A stretch of DNA of 58,379 nt, from positions 1 through 58,379 of the forward strand of contig JBDROX010000003.1 of the NCBI GenBank assembly GCA_043809645.1, read 5' to 3'. Below the pieces are notes generated by a model that was not told the origin of the DNA, ran no database searches, and saw only the letters and a list, made by a program, of their open reading frames with translations. Shown in pieces: positions 26,493-35,647 of this stretch. Positions within the stretch are counted from its first letter, which is position 1. Each line of letters opens with the position of its first letter. The stretch is from Candidatus Magasanikiibacteriota bacterium. GTDB taxonomy: Bacteria; Patescibacteriota; Patescibacteriia; Magasanikbacterales; UBA922. Both the position numbers and the translations under genes were made by a program.

Positions 26493-27881
26493 TCAGCGAA
26501 TATACTGCAACGGATTATTCCTTTTCCCTCCAGCCCTAATCTCGAAGTGAATATGTGATCCTGTCGAACGACCCGTCGATCCCATGTCAGCTACGACCTG
26601 CCCTTGGGCAACGGATTGACCAGCGCTCACCCTTAGCACGCTTGCATGCGCATAGACGCTCTGGAACCCTCCACCGTGGTCAAGAATAACATAACACCCA
26701 TACCCACCATTCCACCCACATTGAGATTTGATAACTGTTCCTGCTTTACTTGCATAGAGAGGAGTGCCAACTGGGCCAGCAATATCCAGTCCTGTGTGTC
26801 TCCATCCATAATATTGTGTAATGATACGAGCTGATGTTGGCCAGAGCCAGCCAGAACCAGCCGGGGCTGCTGGTGACGGAGGTGGTGCAGCAACACTACT
26901 GAGCTGATTGTAGGTTCTTGTTGGTTGCGGTGCCGGAGCGCTTATAATAGGCTTTGGTTTTTCTCCGCCCGGAACAGTGAGTTCCTCTCCAATCACGATA
27001 TCTGACCCATCGTTTTTTAATTTGTTCTGTTTGATAATAGCATCTGCTTCTGCATTATAAAGCTTTGCAATCTTGTGAACAGTATCTCCACTCTTCACAG
27101 TATGGACAAGGCCATCGACAGGAAGAATCGTCAGCTGGTCTCCAGGCCTAATATATGACCTGGAAGTAAGGTCATTTGCCCAGAGCACGGTGAGCTGAGA
27201 AATGTCATATTTTTCTGCAATGAGACCAATAGTTTCTCCAGACTGAACAGTATGGGTTACTACCTTCGTTCTCGACCCAGAAGGTGCGCCGGGTGTTGTT
27301 GGCGAAGAAGGAATTTCATTTCCTGGTAGGATAGTCGGCTTCGTAACCGCAGATCCGCCTGTTGAAATAGCAGTGATCTCCTCTGGTCCTTGTGCCTGTC
27401 CTCCTGCAGGTGCGTTTGGAATCTCTGCTGTTACTGACCGCTGTCTCCACGCAGAACCGATCTCTGGCTGAAGTGAAGCCATGTCTGTAGTTACTTCCTC
27501 GATATCATCGAGCTCTTGTGCTGGCCCAACTACTCTATAGAGGAGTGTGTCTCGTCCAGGAATTCTTTCTAAATCTCTGGTATAGAGCTTGCTGTGCGGA
27601 ACCATGACGACAATAGCGACCAAAAAAAGTACAACTTGAAGTGTGTTTCTCTTTCCGATGAAGTCAATAATTCTACCACCTTTTTGTACGCTTGCCGGCC
27701 CAATTTTTTTCTTCATCCGAAATCCAACCTTATACAGGAGAAGCCCCACTGAAGATCTGTACTTCAGTGCAGCCTTCTCAAAATAGAAAACGGTTTTTTG
27801 GACAAGCCAAACGAGAGCACGTTTGAGGTATACAAGACCTCGGAGCGCCAAAAGAAATAATTTTTTTATGAAGTATTGCAT
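26493..27881 (-). CDS. LysM + M23 peptidoglycan endopeptidase
   Basis: Two LysM repeats (HTVQSGET, HTVKSGDT); HTGLD, YAH, TGRSTGSHIHFE. Confidence 0.93.
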   Translation of the reverse strand: MQYFIKKLFLLALRGLVYLKRALVWLVQKTVFYFEKAALKYRSSVGLLLYKVGFRMKKKIGPASVQKGGRIIDFIGKRNTLQVVLFLVAIVVMVPHSKLYTRDLERIPGRDTLLYRVVGPAQELDDIEEVTTDMASLQPEIGSAWRQRSVTAEIPNAPAGGQAQGPEEITAISTGGSAVTKPTILPGNEIPSSPTTPGAPSGSRTKVVTHTVQSGETIGLIAEKYDISQLTVLWANDLTSRSYIRPGDQLTILPVDGLVHTVKSGDTVHKIAKLYNAEADAIIKQNKLKNDGSDIVIGEELTVPGGEKPKPIISAPAPQPTRTYNQLSSVAAPPPSPAAPAGSGWLWPTSARIITQYYGWRHTGLDIAGPVGTPLYASKAGTVIKSQCGWNGGYGCYVILDHGGGFQSVYAHASVLRVSAGQSVAQGQVVADMGSTGRSTGSHIHFEIRAGGKRNNPLQYIR

Positions 27882-27969
27882 AATGCAATGTGCCCTTCCC
27901 CCACAGAAAAGCAGCAGGTAGTATCTCAAAATAAAGGACTTTCGTCAAGATAGAAAAAGGGCACGCTAC

Positions 27970-27998
27970 TTGACATTTCGCTAAAATAAGACTATTCT
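27970..27998 (+). promoter_or_regulatory. tig promoter
   Basis: TTGACA-17-TATTCT ahead of ATG 28031. Confidence 0.7.
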
Positions 27999-28030
27999 AA
28001 GTCCCGCTTATACACATTATTTTTTAATAT

Positions 28031-29470
28031 ATGTCATACACAACCAAAAATCTCGAAAACAGTCAGGTTGAGTTTATTTTTACTATAAAACCAGAGGATT
28101 ACGAAAAGCACCTACATAAAACTGCAGAGAAAATTTCCAATAGAACAACAATCAAAGGCTTTCGAAAATGAAAAGCGCCGTACGAAAAAATTAAACAAGA
28201 TGTTGGCGAAATGGCCATTCTTCAGGAAGCCGTAGAAGATATTGTCAAAGAGACATTCTATGCAGCTGTCATTGAAGAAAAGCTCGAGACTATTGGCATG
28301 CCAGAAATTAATGTAGAAAAACTTGCCCCAGGCAACGCCGTTGAATACAAGGCAACAGTAGCCCTCCTCCCAAAGGTAAAGCTCTACGACATTGATAAGA
28401 TCAAAATCGCGCACGAAATAAAACCTGTTGATGACAAGAAGGTCGAGGAAACTCTCGACGCCGTACGCGGTATGCATGCCACAGAAATCGTGAAGGTAGG
28501 ACCTGCAGAAGGAACAGATAAACTTGTCCTCGACATGGATATGTTCCTCGATAAAGTCCCAGTGGATGGCGGTCAGGCAAAAGATCACCAAGTATATCTT
28601 TCTGAAAAACATTACATCCCAGGATTTAACGAGCAGGTGGCTGGGCTCAAGAAAGACGAGGAAAAAAAATTCTCACTCGAATTTCCAAAAGAACACTACC
28701 AAAAACATCTTGCAGGGAAGAAAGTTGACTTCAAAGTGAAGGTAAAGGAAGTCTATGAACGACAGCTCCCAGAACTTTCTGATGACCTCGCAAAGATACT
28801 TGGTCAGGAGAGTGTAGAAAAACTCAAGGTGCTCGTTCACGACAATCTTCTCCAGGAAGAGAAACAAAAGGCTGACCAAAAAGCTGAAATTGAAATCCTC
28901 GAAACACTCATTGAAAAATCAGAGATAGAGTCTATTCCAGAAATACTCATCAATGCAGAGAGACAGAAGATGTTTTATGAACTAAAGAATGACTTGGACA
29001 AACATGGTATTCCTGTAGAAAAATATCTCGAAGACCTCAAAAAAACAGAAGAAGAGCTCTTCAATGACTTCAAAGCGCAGGCAGAGAAACGTGCAAAGGC
29101 CGCCCTGATCTCTAGACAATTTGCACTCGACTTCGAGGTGAAAGTTGGGGAGCAGGAGCTTGAAACAGAAATGGAAATGATGCGAACTATGTATAAAGAT
29201 AATGAAGAATATCTTGAAAATTTGAAAAAGCCAGAGGTGAAAGACAGCATTGCCACTGCTATGCAAAACAAGAAAGTCATGCAATTCCTCAAAGGAAAAA
29301 TCCTTGGTGAGGAATATATGAAGAAAGCAAACCTGAAGGATCTTGGCTGTGCCTCCTGTAGATCTGGGGAACACGACCATGTGCATGATAATGATGATGA
29401 AAAGAAGGATGGCAAGAAGGAAGAGGCTGCAGAAGACACAGATAAATCTCAAGATACAAATAACAAATAA
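28031..29470 (+). pseudogene. tig: Trigger factor interrupted by in-frame TGA at codon 47 (28169-28171)
   Basis: MSYTTKNLENSQVEF...IKGFRK*KAPYE continues in frame into the listed ORF 28211-29470 (FKBP domain YIPGFNEQVAG, FPKEHY...LAGK). Confidence 0.9.
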
Positions 29471-29586
29471 GCACCAAATACCAAAAGTCCAGACTTGCTG
29501 TTCTGGACTTTTTTTATTACACTTTGATTACCTGCTGCTTGTATTTTATTTGTTTTTTGAAATTTGAGTATTGAAATTTTTTTTAT

Positions 29587-29811
29587 ATGCAGAAAATTAA
29601 CCTTACAATTATTCCTCGTTCTTCCAAAAACGAAATAATACAGCTCTCTGAGGACTCATATAAAATCAAACTCACTGCAGCACCGGTCGATGGAGAGGCA
29701 AATAAAAAGCTTATTGAATTTCTTAACAAAGAATGGAAAGTATCAAAATCGAAGATCACGATTGTGAAGGGTTTGAAAAGTAGGAATAAAGTTATAAAAA
29801 TTGAAGACTAA
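29587..29811 (+). CDS. DUF167/YggU family protein
   Basis: PRSSK, TAAPVDGEANKKLIEFL, IVKGLKSRNK. Confidence 0.9.
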   Translation: MQKINLTIIPRSSKNEIIQLSEDSYKIKLTAAPVDGEANKKLIEFLNKEWKVSKSKITIVKGLKSRNKVIKIED

Positions 29812-30821
29812 ATATAATTATTATTGAAACAAAAAAACACCATTCGTTGGTGTTTTTTTGACTGTCCCCAAACGCTCGCATTGCTGAGTGAACCCGAGTA
29901 TTCGGGGTCAGGAGGCTCGCTGTTCGTCTTCAGGTGGATCTTGTCGTTCGCATAGGCGATATACAGACTTCCACCAGATGGCGTGAATGGCGCTCCACCT
30001 GTCTGTGTCTCTCCATCCGCATACCCCTCCGTGCAGATAAACCCGGTGCGGTACGCATATGAATTATGGCCGTAATCGTACCAGTATGTACACAACCCCT
30101 TGTGGCATGCGCCATCATAGTTTGACTCGAAGTCTGCCGCCGGACAGTCGTCATCCGTAACACAGGACTTGCATCCCGGGGTAGAGGTGCTTACACAACC
30201 ATCCTTGTCCAGGTAGTCCTGCGTGCACGGGTTCCCATCATCACAGTCCTCTGAAACACCGCACGAAAAAAAGTCACACTCCCCTTCGATGCAAACCCCA
30301 AGATCCAGACCTGGCGACTGCTCACCCTCCTGGCACGGCGTGTAGTCTGGCGTGTCGACTTTGGCACACGTCCCTCCGCCATCGGACTTGTAGATCCAGC
30401 AGAAATCCTTTGTACACGGATTGCCAACGTCGCACTCAACATCTTCCGTGCAAGGCACCTGCGACGGTGCCTCGACACACTGGTCTCCGTCGCAGGTGCC
30501 GGTTGGGCACTGCCCGGACGCGTTGTTGGCCACCTTGCACACGCCGTCCGAGCCACACCCGTAGTAGATATGGCTCCAGACGCCGTCCTGGCACGTCAGC
30601 TTCTCGAGCTGCTCGCAGTTGCATTCTGGCTGAGGACTGGCATCCTGCGCCACGTCTGCACTGTCAGGACCCATGTCCTGACCGACATCCTCCTCGACCT
30701 GCCCCTCGTCCGCGTAGAGCGAAGTATCGGACGACATGCCGCCTGACACCATGCCCTGGCGGCCATCCTCCAAACAGGAGACCAAGAGCATCGATGCGAT
30801 CACGATCATAAACTTCTTCAT
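29808..30821 (-). CDS. GC-rich cysteine-rich lipoprotein, 3' end probably truncated
   Basis: MKKFMIVIASMLLVSC lipobox; CDVGNPCTKD and CDDGNPCTQD repeats; last codons read through an AT-rich terminator. Confidence 0.75.
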   Translation of the reverse strand: MKKFMIVIASMLLVSCLEDGRQGMVSGGMSSDTSLYADEGQVEEDVGQDMGPDSADVAQDASPQPECNCEQLEKLTCQDGVWSHIYYGCGSDGVCKVANNASGQCPTGTCDGDQCVEAPSQVPCTEDVECDVGNPCTKDFCWIYKSDGGGTCAKVDTPDYTPCQEGEQSPGLDLGVCIEGECDFFSCGVSEDCDDGNPCTQDYLDKDGCVSTSTPGCKSCVTDDDCPAADFESNYDGACHKGLCTYWYDYGHNSYAYRTGFICTEGYADGETQTGGAPFTPSGGSLYIAYANDKIHLKTNSEPPDPEYSGSLSNASVWGQSKKHQRMVFFCFNNNYI

Positions 30822-30956
30822 TGTTGTGTCCTTTCCCACTTTTTGGCTCGCACCACGGCAGTGAGAACCGATTAATAGTTTGCTAATTTCTCCCTATTAT
30901 TATCCATTTCTCGACCAAACAACAACAGAGAGAAATCTGTTTGTAAAGAACCGCGT

Positions 30957-30994
30957 ATTATAGGCCAAAAACACCCTTTTGTCAAGGGTGTTTT
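30957..30994 (-). promoter_or_regulatory. Terminator-like hairpin carrying a -35 box, plus -10
   Basis: Minus strand AAAACACCCT-TGACAAA-AGGGTGTTTTT; TTGACA-17-TATAAT. Confidence 0.8.
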
Positions 30995-31023
30995 ACAATT
31001 ATTTTGCTAAAATAAACGATTTT

Positions 31024-31290
31024 CTACTTCGGAAGATCAATTCCCCCTTTGTTCCAGGGATTACATCTCAGTACTCTCCAGCCAGACTTTGCAATACCAA
31101 CAAAAACACCTCTTTTTTTAATTATTTCTTTTGAATATTGGCTACATGTAGGGAAAAATTTACAATAGCCGTGTGGAAAGACTTTTTTGGCCCAAAAACT
31201 ATGATCTGGGGAAAAGAGTCTTTGATACACATAAATAAGCCCAAGAAGGGCATATCGAGGAATTCTGATAATTTTTGCTAGTGTTAGCAC
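31024..31290 (-). CDS. yidD: Membrane protein insertion efficiency factor
   Basis: YQRLFSP, CKFFPTCSQY, RVLRCNPW..GG.D.P. Confidence 0.95.
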   Translation of the reverse strand: MLTLAKIIRIPRYALLGLIYVYQRLFSPDHSFWAKKVFPHGYCKFFPTCSQYSKEIIKKRGVFVGIAKSGWRVLRCNPWNKGGIDLPK

Positions 31291-31303
31291 AAAAAGATAT
31301 TTT

Positions 31304-31690
31304 TTATAGTTTTAAAAGTCCTGCTTTTTTGAGCGCATTAAATAGATCCTGTTCTATCTCATCATACTTTTTCCCTAAAATAAGCGGTTTTGCCATTATT
31401 GACACATGAAACCCCAACTTGAGCATATTCTTCTTCAGAAGAAGACGAACAACCTCTCTCATCTGCCTTTTGACCCTATTTCTCTTCACCGCACTCTTAC
31501 TTACCTTTTTTCCTACAACAAAGCCAATTTTTAAGTTTTTTTCACTATATTCATGCCTCGTATACTTCTCTGGCTCTACTTTCCAAACTTTTATCACCAC
31601 AAGATTACCACTCACAAAGTGACCCTCTTTAAAGAGAATATCAAAATCTTTCATGTGCTTTAATCGGAACTCTTTTGGAAGCATACTCAT
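31304..31690 (-). CDS. rnpA: Ribonuclease P protein component
   Basis: MLPKEFRL, GFVVGKKVSKSAVKRNRVKRQMRE (RNR motif). Confidence 0.95.
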   Translation of the reverse strand: MSMLPKEFRLKHMKDFDILFKEGHFVSGNLVVIKVWKVEPEKYTRHEYSEKNLKIGFVVGKKVSKSAVKRNRVKRQMREVVRLLLKKNMLKLGFHVSIMAKPLILGKKYDEIEQDLFNALKKAGLLKL

Positions 31691-31743
31691 AGGTACTATA
31701 ACAAAAAAACCCCGCGTTTGCGAAATTTCATTGTGCAAACACT

Positions 31744-31920
31744 TTACCGTGTTTTTCGTCGTCGCTTTCCTGTTCGCTCGTCAGAGACTGTAAGTTTCTT
31801 CTTTGCCTTCTGTCTTCGACGCTTTAGGACATTCCGACCATTCTTGGTCTTCATGCGACTTCGAAAACCATGTGCTTTTGCACGTTTTCTCTTCTTTGGT
31901 TGATATGTTCGCTTTGGCAT
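31744..31920 (-). CDS. rpmH: 50S ribosomal protein L34 (58 aa, not in the ORF track)
   Basis: Hand translation [58 protein letters not shown]. Confidence 0.97.
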   Translation of the reverse strand: MPKRTYQPKKRKRAKAHGFRSRMKTKNGRNVLKRRRQKAKKKLTVSDERTGKRRRKTR

Positions 31921-31978
31921 AATGTTCTAGTAAGACGTGATCTGTAGTCTGCAATCTGCAAGACAACTAACGAGCTTC

Positions 31979-32007
31979 ATATTACAGGAGCCAGAGGCTC
32001 TTGTCAA
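31979..32007 (-). promoter_or_regulatory. rpmH promoter
   Basis: TTGACA-17-TAATAT on the minus strand. Confidence 0.7.
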
Positions 32008-32076
32008 GCATTCTATCCTCACATATAATGACCAGGCTTTTCAGAAGATTTATCACGAGGAGGGCGCCTCCCAAAG

Positions 32077-32116
32077 TTATCCACACCGTCCACACCTTAT
32101 CCCCACATTACCCACT
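32077..32116 (+). promoter_or_regulatory. DnaA boxes upstream of dnaA (left part of oriC)
   Basis: TTATCCACA 32077, TTATCCCCA 32097, TTACCCACT 32108. Confidence 0.85.
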
Positions 32117-32242
32117 TTTTAGCTTTTTTTAGCGATTTTACTACCTGACCTTTTGTGTTAAAATGTCTTTACGTCTCAAAATTCTAAGAAAATAGGATAC
32201 CCATAGGACAAATCAATTTGTCTTACTAGTATCCCATCATCT

Positions 32243-33622
32243 ATGACAAACCATGAAATCTGGCAGGCCGTTCTCGCAGAGTTTGAATTGAACCTATCTC
32301 AAGCCAATTTCAAAACTTGGTTTCGCAACACAGGCCTTGCATCGTATGATGGTGGAATTGTTGTTGTTTGTGTTCCAAGCACTTTCATCAAGAGCTGGCT
32401 TGAAAAGAAGCACCATTCCAACATTACAAGGGCACTTGAGCGTGTAACAAAAAAACCAATAAAGCGTGTTGAGTACAAGGTAGAGAACTTGAAAAATATT
32501 GAAGAGAAGGAATGTTCCATGCCAGAAACAGTCACAGTCTCTACTGTGACTACTCCTACCTACTCACAGAAACAGACAAGACCAGGAGACCGATTTGGAC
32601 TGAATGCACGGTACACATTTGATTCTTTCATTGTTGGAAAAGGAAACGAGCTTGCACATGCTGCAGCCCAGGCAGTATCATCTAGACCAGGAGAAGCATA
32701 CAACCCACTCTTTATATATGGTGGCGTTGGTCTCGGAAAGACACATCTTTTGCAAGCCATTGGCCACTCTATGCTTGTGGCAAATGGTCAGACCAAAATC
32801 CTATATGTAAGTAGTGAGAAATTCACAAATGAGTTCGTCTCTGCTGTGAAGAGTGGGCGTGCAAGGGATTTCAAGGATAGATATAGAAATGTTGACCTCC
32901 TCCTCATAGACGACATCCAGTTTATTGGAGGAAAAGAACAAACACAAGAAGAATTTTTTCACACGTTCAATGAACTACACCAAGCTGGAAAACAAGTGGT
33001 GCTGTCGAGTGATCGCCCACCAAAGGCCATTCCTGCGCTCGAGGATAGGCTCAGAAGCCGATTCGAGTGGGGAATGATAGCGGACATCTCTTCTCCTGAC
33101 TTGGAGACAAGAGAAGCCATTCTACAATCGAAGGCACAAGAAAAGGCCTTCCCACTTTCAGGAGACCTGATCCGAGTGGTGGCAACAACAGTCCAGAGTA
33201 ATATCCGTGAACTCGAAGGTGCTCTCAACAAAATCATTGCTTACCACGAACTGAAAAATCTGGAACCAACGAAAGAAAGTATCAAGTCTATTCTTACAAC
33301 CTTTGAAAGCCAAGGGATGAAAAAATCCCTTACACCAAAGGAGTTAATTGTAATGGTCTCTGCATTCTACGACGTGCCAACAGATGAGATACTTGGAAAG
33401 AGTAGGGAGAAGCGCTTGTCTTTTCCACGACAAATTATAATGTTCCTCCTGAGACAAGAATTGAAACTCTCTTACCCAGCCATTGGAACAGAGCTTGGTG
33501 GTAGAGACCACACGACTGCCATGCACGCACACACAAAAATACAAAATGAATTGGAAAATGATCTCAAGTTAAAGCAAGACATGGAGCTTATCAAACAAAG
33601 ACTGTATAGTGATGTCATGTAA
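32243..33622 (+). CDS. dnaA: Chromosomal replication initiator DnaA
   Basis: YNPLFIYGGVGLGKTHL, LLIDDIQF, QEEFFHTFN, RELEGA, GGRDHTT. Confidence 0.99.
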   Translation: MTNHEIWQAVLAEFELNLSQANFKTWFRNTGLASYDGGIVVVCVPSTFIKSWLEKKHHSNITRALERVTKKPIKRVEYKVENLKNIEEKECSMPETVTVSTVTTPTYSQKQTRPGDRFGLNARYTFDSFIVGKGNELAHAAAQAVSSRPGEAYNPLFIYGGVGLGKTHLLQAIGHSMLVANGQTKILYVSSEKFTNEFVSAVKSGRARDFKDRYRNVDLLLIDDIQFIGGKEQTQEEFFHTFNELHQAGKQVVLSSDRPPKAIPALEDRLRSRFEWGMIADISSPDLETREAILQSKAQEKAFPLSGDLIRVVATTVQSNIRELEGALNKIIAYHELKNLEPTKESIKSILTTFESQGMKKSLTPKELIVMVSAFYDVPTDEILGKSREKRLSFPRQIIMFLLRQELKLSYPAIGTELGGRDHTTAMHAHTKIQNELENDLKLKQDMELIKQRLYSDVM

Positions 33623-33880
33623 GTTTCCACAAAAACTGCTAATAACCTTGTGAACAAAACAAACAACATATACACATCTGTGTGAACAAAAACTGACTTT
33701 CCCACAGCAAAAATAAACACCAAATTTTCACCCACATTTGGGTCACAGTATTGTCAGCATGTTTCACACACAAACAAACACAAAAAAACTTGTTATCCTA
33801 GGGCAGTTTTTCTCTTTTTCCACTGTGTCCACACCCCCTATTACTACTACTATTTAAATTATATATATTAATATAGAGAA
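33623..33880 (+). other. oriC unwinding region (dnaA-dnaN intergenic)
   Basis: Several degenerate DnaA boxes; tandem TTTTCCACT/GTGTCCACA (33816-33833), CCCCC, TATTACTACTACTA trios (33839-33852), AT-rich tract. Confidence 0.9.
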
Positions 33881-33885
33881 GAGGT

Positions 33886-35007
33886 ATGAAATTCGTTTGC
33901 ACAAAAGAAAACCTAACACGTGTACTTGAGGGGTGCAGTGGGGTGACAAACAAGCAAGCCCATCTGCCCATTCTCTCGAATGTTCTTTTTGAGACTGACG
34001 AATCGGGCGTTCGTGTAGTAGTGACGAATCTAGAGATTGCAATCAAGGCACATCTCAGGGCAAAAGTTGAAAACAAGGGAAGTTTCACTGTTCCTGCAAA
34101 AACACTTATCGACTATGTTAGGCTTTTGTCAGAGGATCAAGTTCATATTGAACTTCAGGAAAACCAACTCATAGTTCAGTCTGGATCCTCGAGTACAAAA
34201 ATAAAGGGTACGCCAGCTGATGAGTTTCCTGTCATTCCTGAGATCGAGGAAACGATTGCGTACACTATTCGAGAAGATGTTCTCAGGGATGGAATCGGAA
34301 AGACAGCAATAGCGGCTGCAAAGAATGAAATTCGACCAGAACTTTCTGGTGTGTATTGTAAATTCTTTGGTACTGAAACAGGCCTTACGATGGCTGCTAC
34401 AGACTCGTATAGGCTGGCAGAGACTAAAATTCCAATATCTCAGGGGCAGGAGGAATTCACATGTATCGTTCCGGCCCAATCAATGTATGAGATTTCCAAG
34501 CTTCTTTCTGGCGATAAGAGTGAGGGAGAAAAAGAAGGTGTTCGTATTTGGCTGAGTGACAGTCAAATAGGTGTGAGGTATGGTGTGTTTGAAATGACGA
34601 GTAGGCTGATTGATGGAACATATCCAGACTATACACAGATCATTCCGAGTGAGTTCAAAACGACCACTGAACTACCTCTGGATGTCTTGGTAAAAAAAAT
34701 AAAAGCAGCAAGCCTTTTTACAACGACAGGCGTGAACGCTGTCTCTTTTGATTTGAATGTTGAACAAGGAACTGTTGGTATTTCTTCCACAAGCACTCAG
34801 ACAGGAGAGCATACTTCAGAGGTGGATGCACTGGTAGTAGGTGATGAAAATTCGATTCTCCTTAACCATCGCTATGTGCTAGACGGTCTTGGGCAGATAG
34901 AAACGGACATTGTTGAGTTCTGTGTGAATGGCTCTGATGCTCCATGCCTCTTTCGACCGAAGGGGAGTGAAAACTATCTGTACATTGTGATGCCTATTAG
35001 ACAATAG
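33886..35007 (+). CDS. dnaN: DNA polymerase III beta clamp
   Basis: LPILSNV, TNLEI, AATDSYRL, RLIDGTYPDY, C-terminal IVMPIR. Confidence 0.98.
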   Translation: MKFVCTKENLTRVLEGCSGVTNKQAHLPILSNVLFETDESGVRVVVTNLEIAIKAHLRAKVENKGSFTVPAKTLIDYVRLLSEDQVHIELQENQLIVQSGSSSTKIKGTPADEFPVIPEIEETIAYTIREDVLRDGIGKTAIAAAKNEIRPELSGVYCKFFGTETGLTMAATDSYRLAETKIPISQGQEEFTCIVPAQSMYEISKLLSGDKSEGEKEGVRIWLSDSQIGVRYGVFEMTSRLIDGTYPDYTQIIPSEFKTTTELPLDVLVKKIKAASLFTTTGVNAVSFDLNVEQGTVGISSTSTQTGEHTSEVDALVVGDENSILLNHRYVLDGLGQIETDIVEFCVNGSDAPCLFRPKGSENYLYIVMPIRQ

Positions 35008-35022
35008 TAAAACTTTGCATTT

Positions 35023-35049
35023 AAAAAAACACCATCGCGGTGTTTTTTT
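35023..35049. terminator. Bidirectional terminator
   Basis: AAAAAAACACC-ATCGC-GGTGTTTTTTT between convergent genes. Confidence 0.8.
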
Positions 35050-35057
35050 GTTTATGA

Positions 35058-35636
35058 TTATTGGTCGATCCTTTCTGCAATTGTAGGGTAGAGGATCCTA
35101 AACTCTTCTGTGAGTTCGCATGGCTCCATGCATGTTGGTAGCCACCAGTCTGGCTCTTCTCCCTTTTTACCATAAAGAAATCCACGGTGCCCTGTTTCAA
35201 ACACAGAGACAATCTCGTATGGCTCTCCGCTCTGTGATGGCGCTGTAATGAACATAGATACGAGTTGATTTTCGTCAGCACTGTGGTAGTCAATGTAGGG
35301 GCTGAGAAGAAATCTTTCCAGGAAAGCTTTGTCGTTTTCAGAAAGAAGCTCTTCTCTTCCGTATGCAATGACAGGGAGCGGAAGTGTATTCTCTCCTGCT
35401 TGAAGCTTGGTGATGTGTTGTCTGAGCTCTTCGTTTTCTTTTTTGAGCCTGTCTAATTCACTCATTTGTATATTTCCTTCAATATTTGATCTTGTGGTGG
35501 TATTCATGATTTCTGGGGCTGCTCTGTAAAAGAAAAAATACATAAAACCAAGGAGTAGGAAAAGGCATAGGGCAATAATAAGGAGGGTGCCTCGTCCGTC
35601 GCCAAAGGAGGTTTTATGCAAGCCTTGTGGATCCAT
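35058..35636 (-). CDS. Single-pass membrane protein with short coiled coil
   Basis: TM near residues 17-36, ELDRLKKENEELR, C-terminal WWLPTCMEPC. Confidence 0.75.
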   Translation of the reverse strand: MDPQGLHKTSFGDGRGTLLIIALCLFLLLGFMYFFFYRAAPEIMNTTTRSNIEGNIQMSELDRLKKENEELRQHITKLQAGENTLPLPVIAYGREELLSENDKAFLERFLLSPYIDYHSADENQLVSMFITAPSQSGEPYEIVSVFETGHRGFLYGKKGEEPDWWLPTCMEPCELTEEFRILYPTIAERIDQ

Positions 35637-35647
35637 AGAATTGTTGG

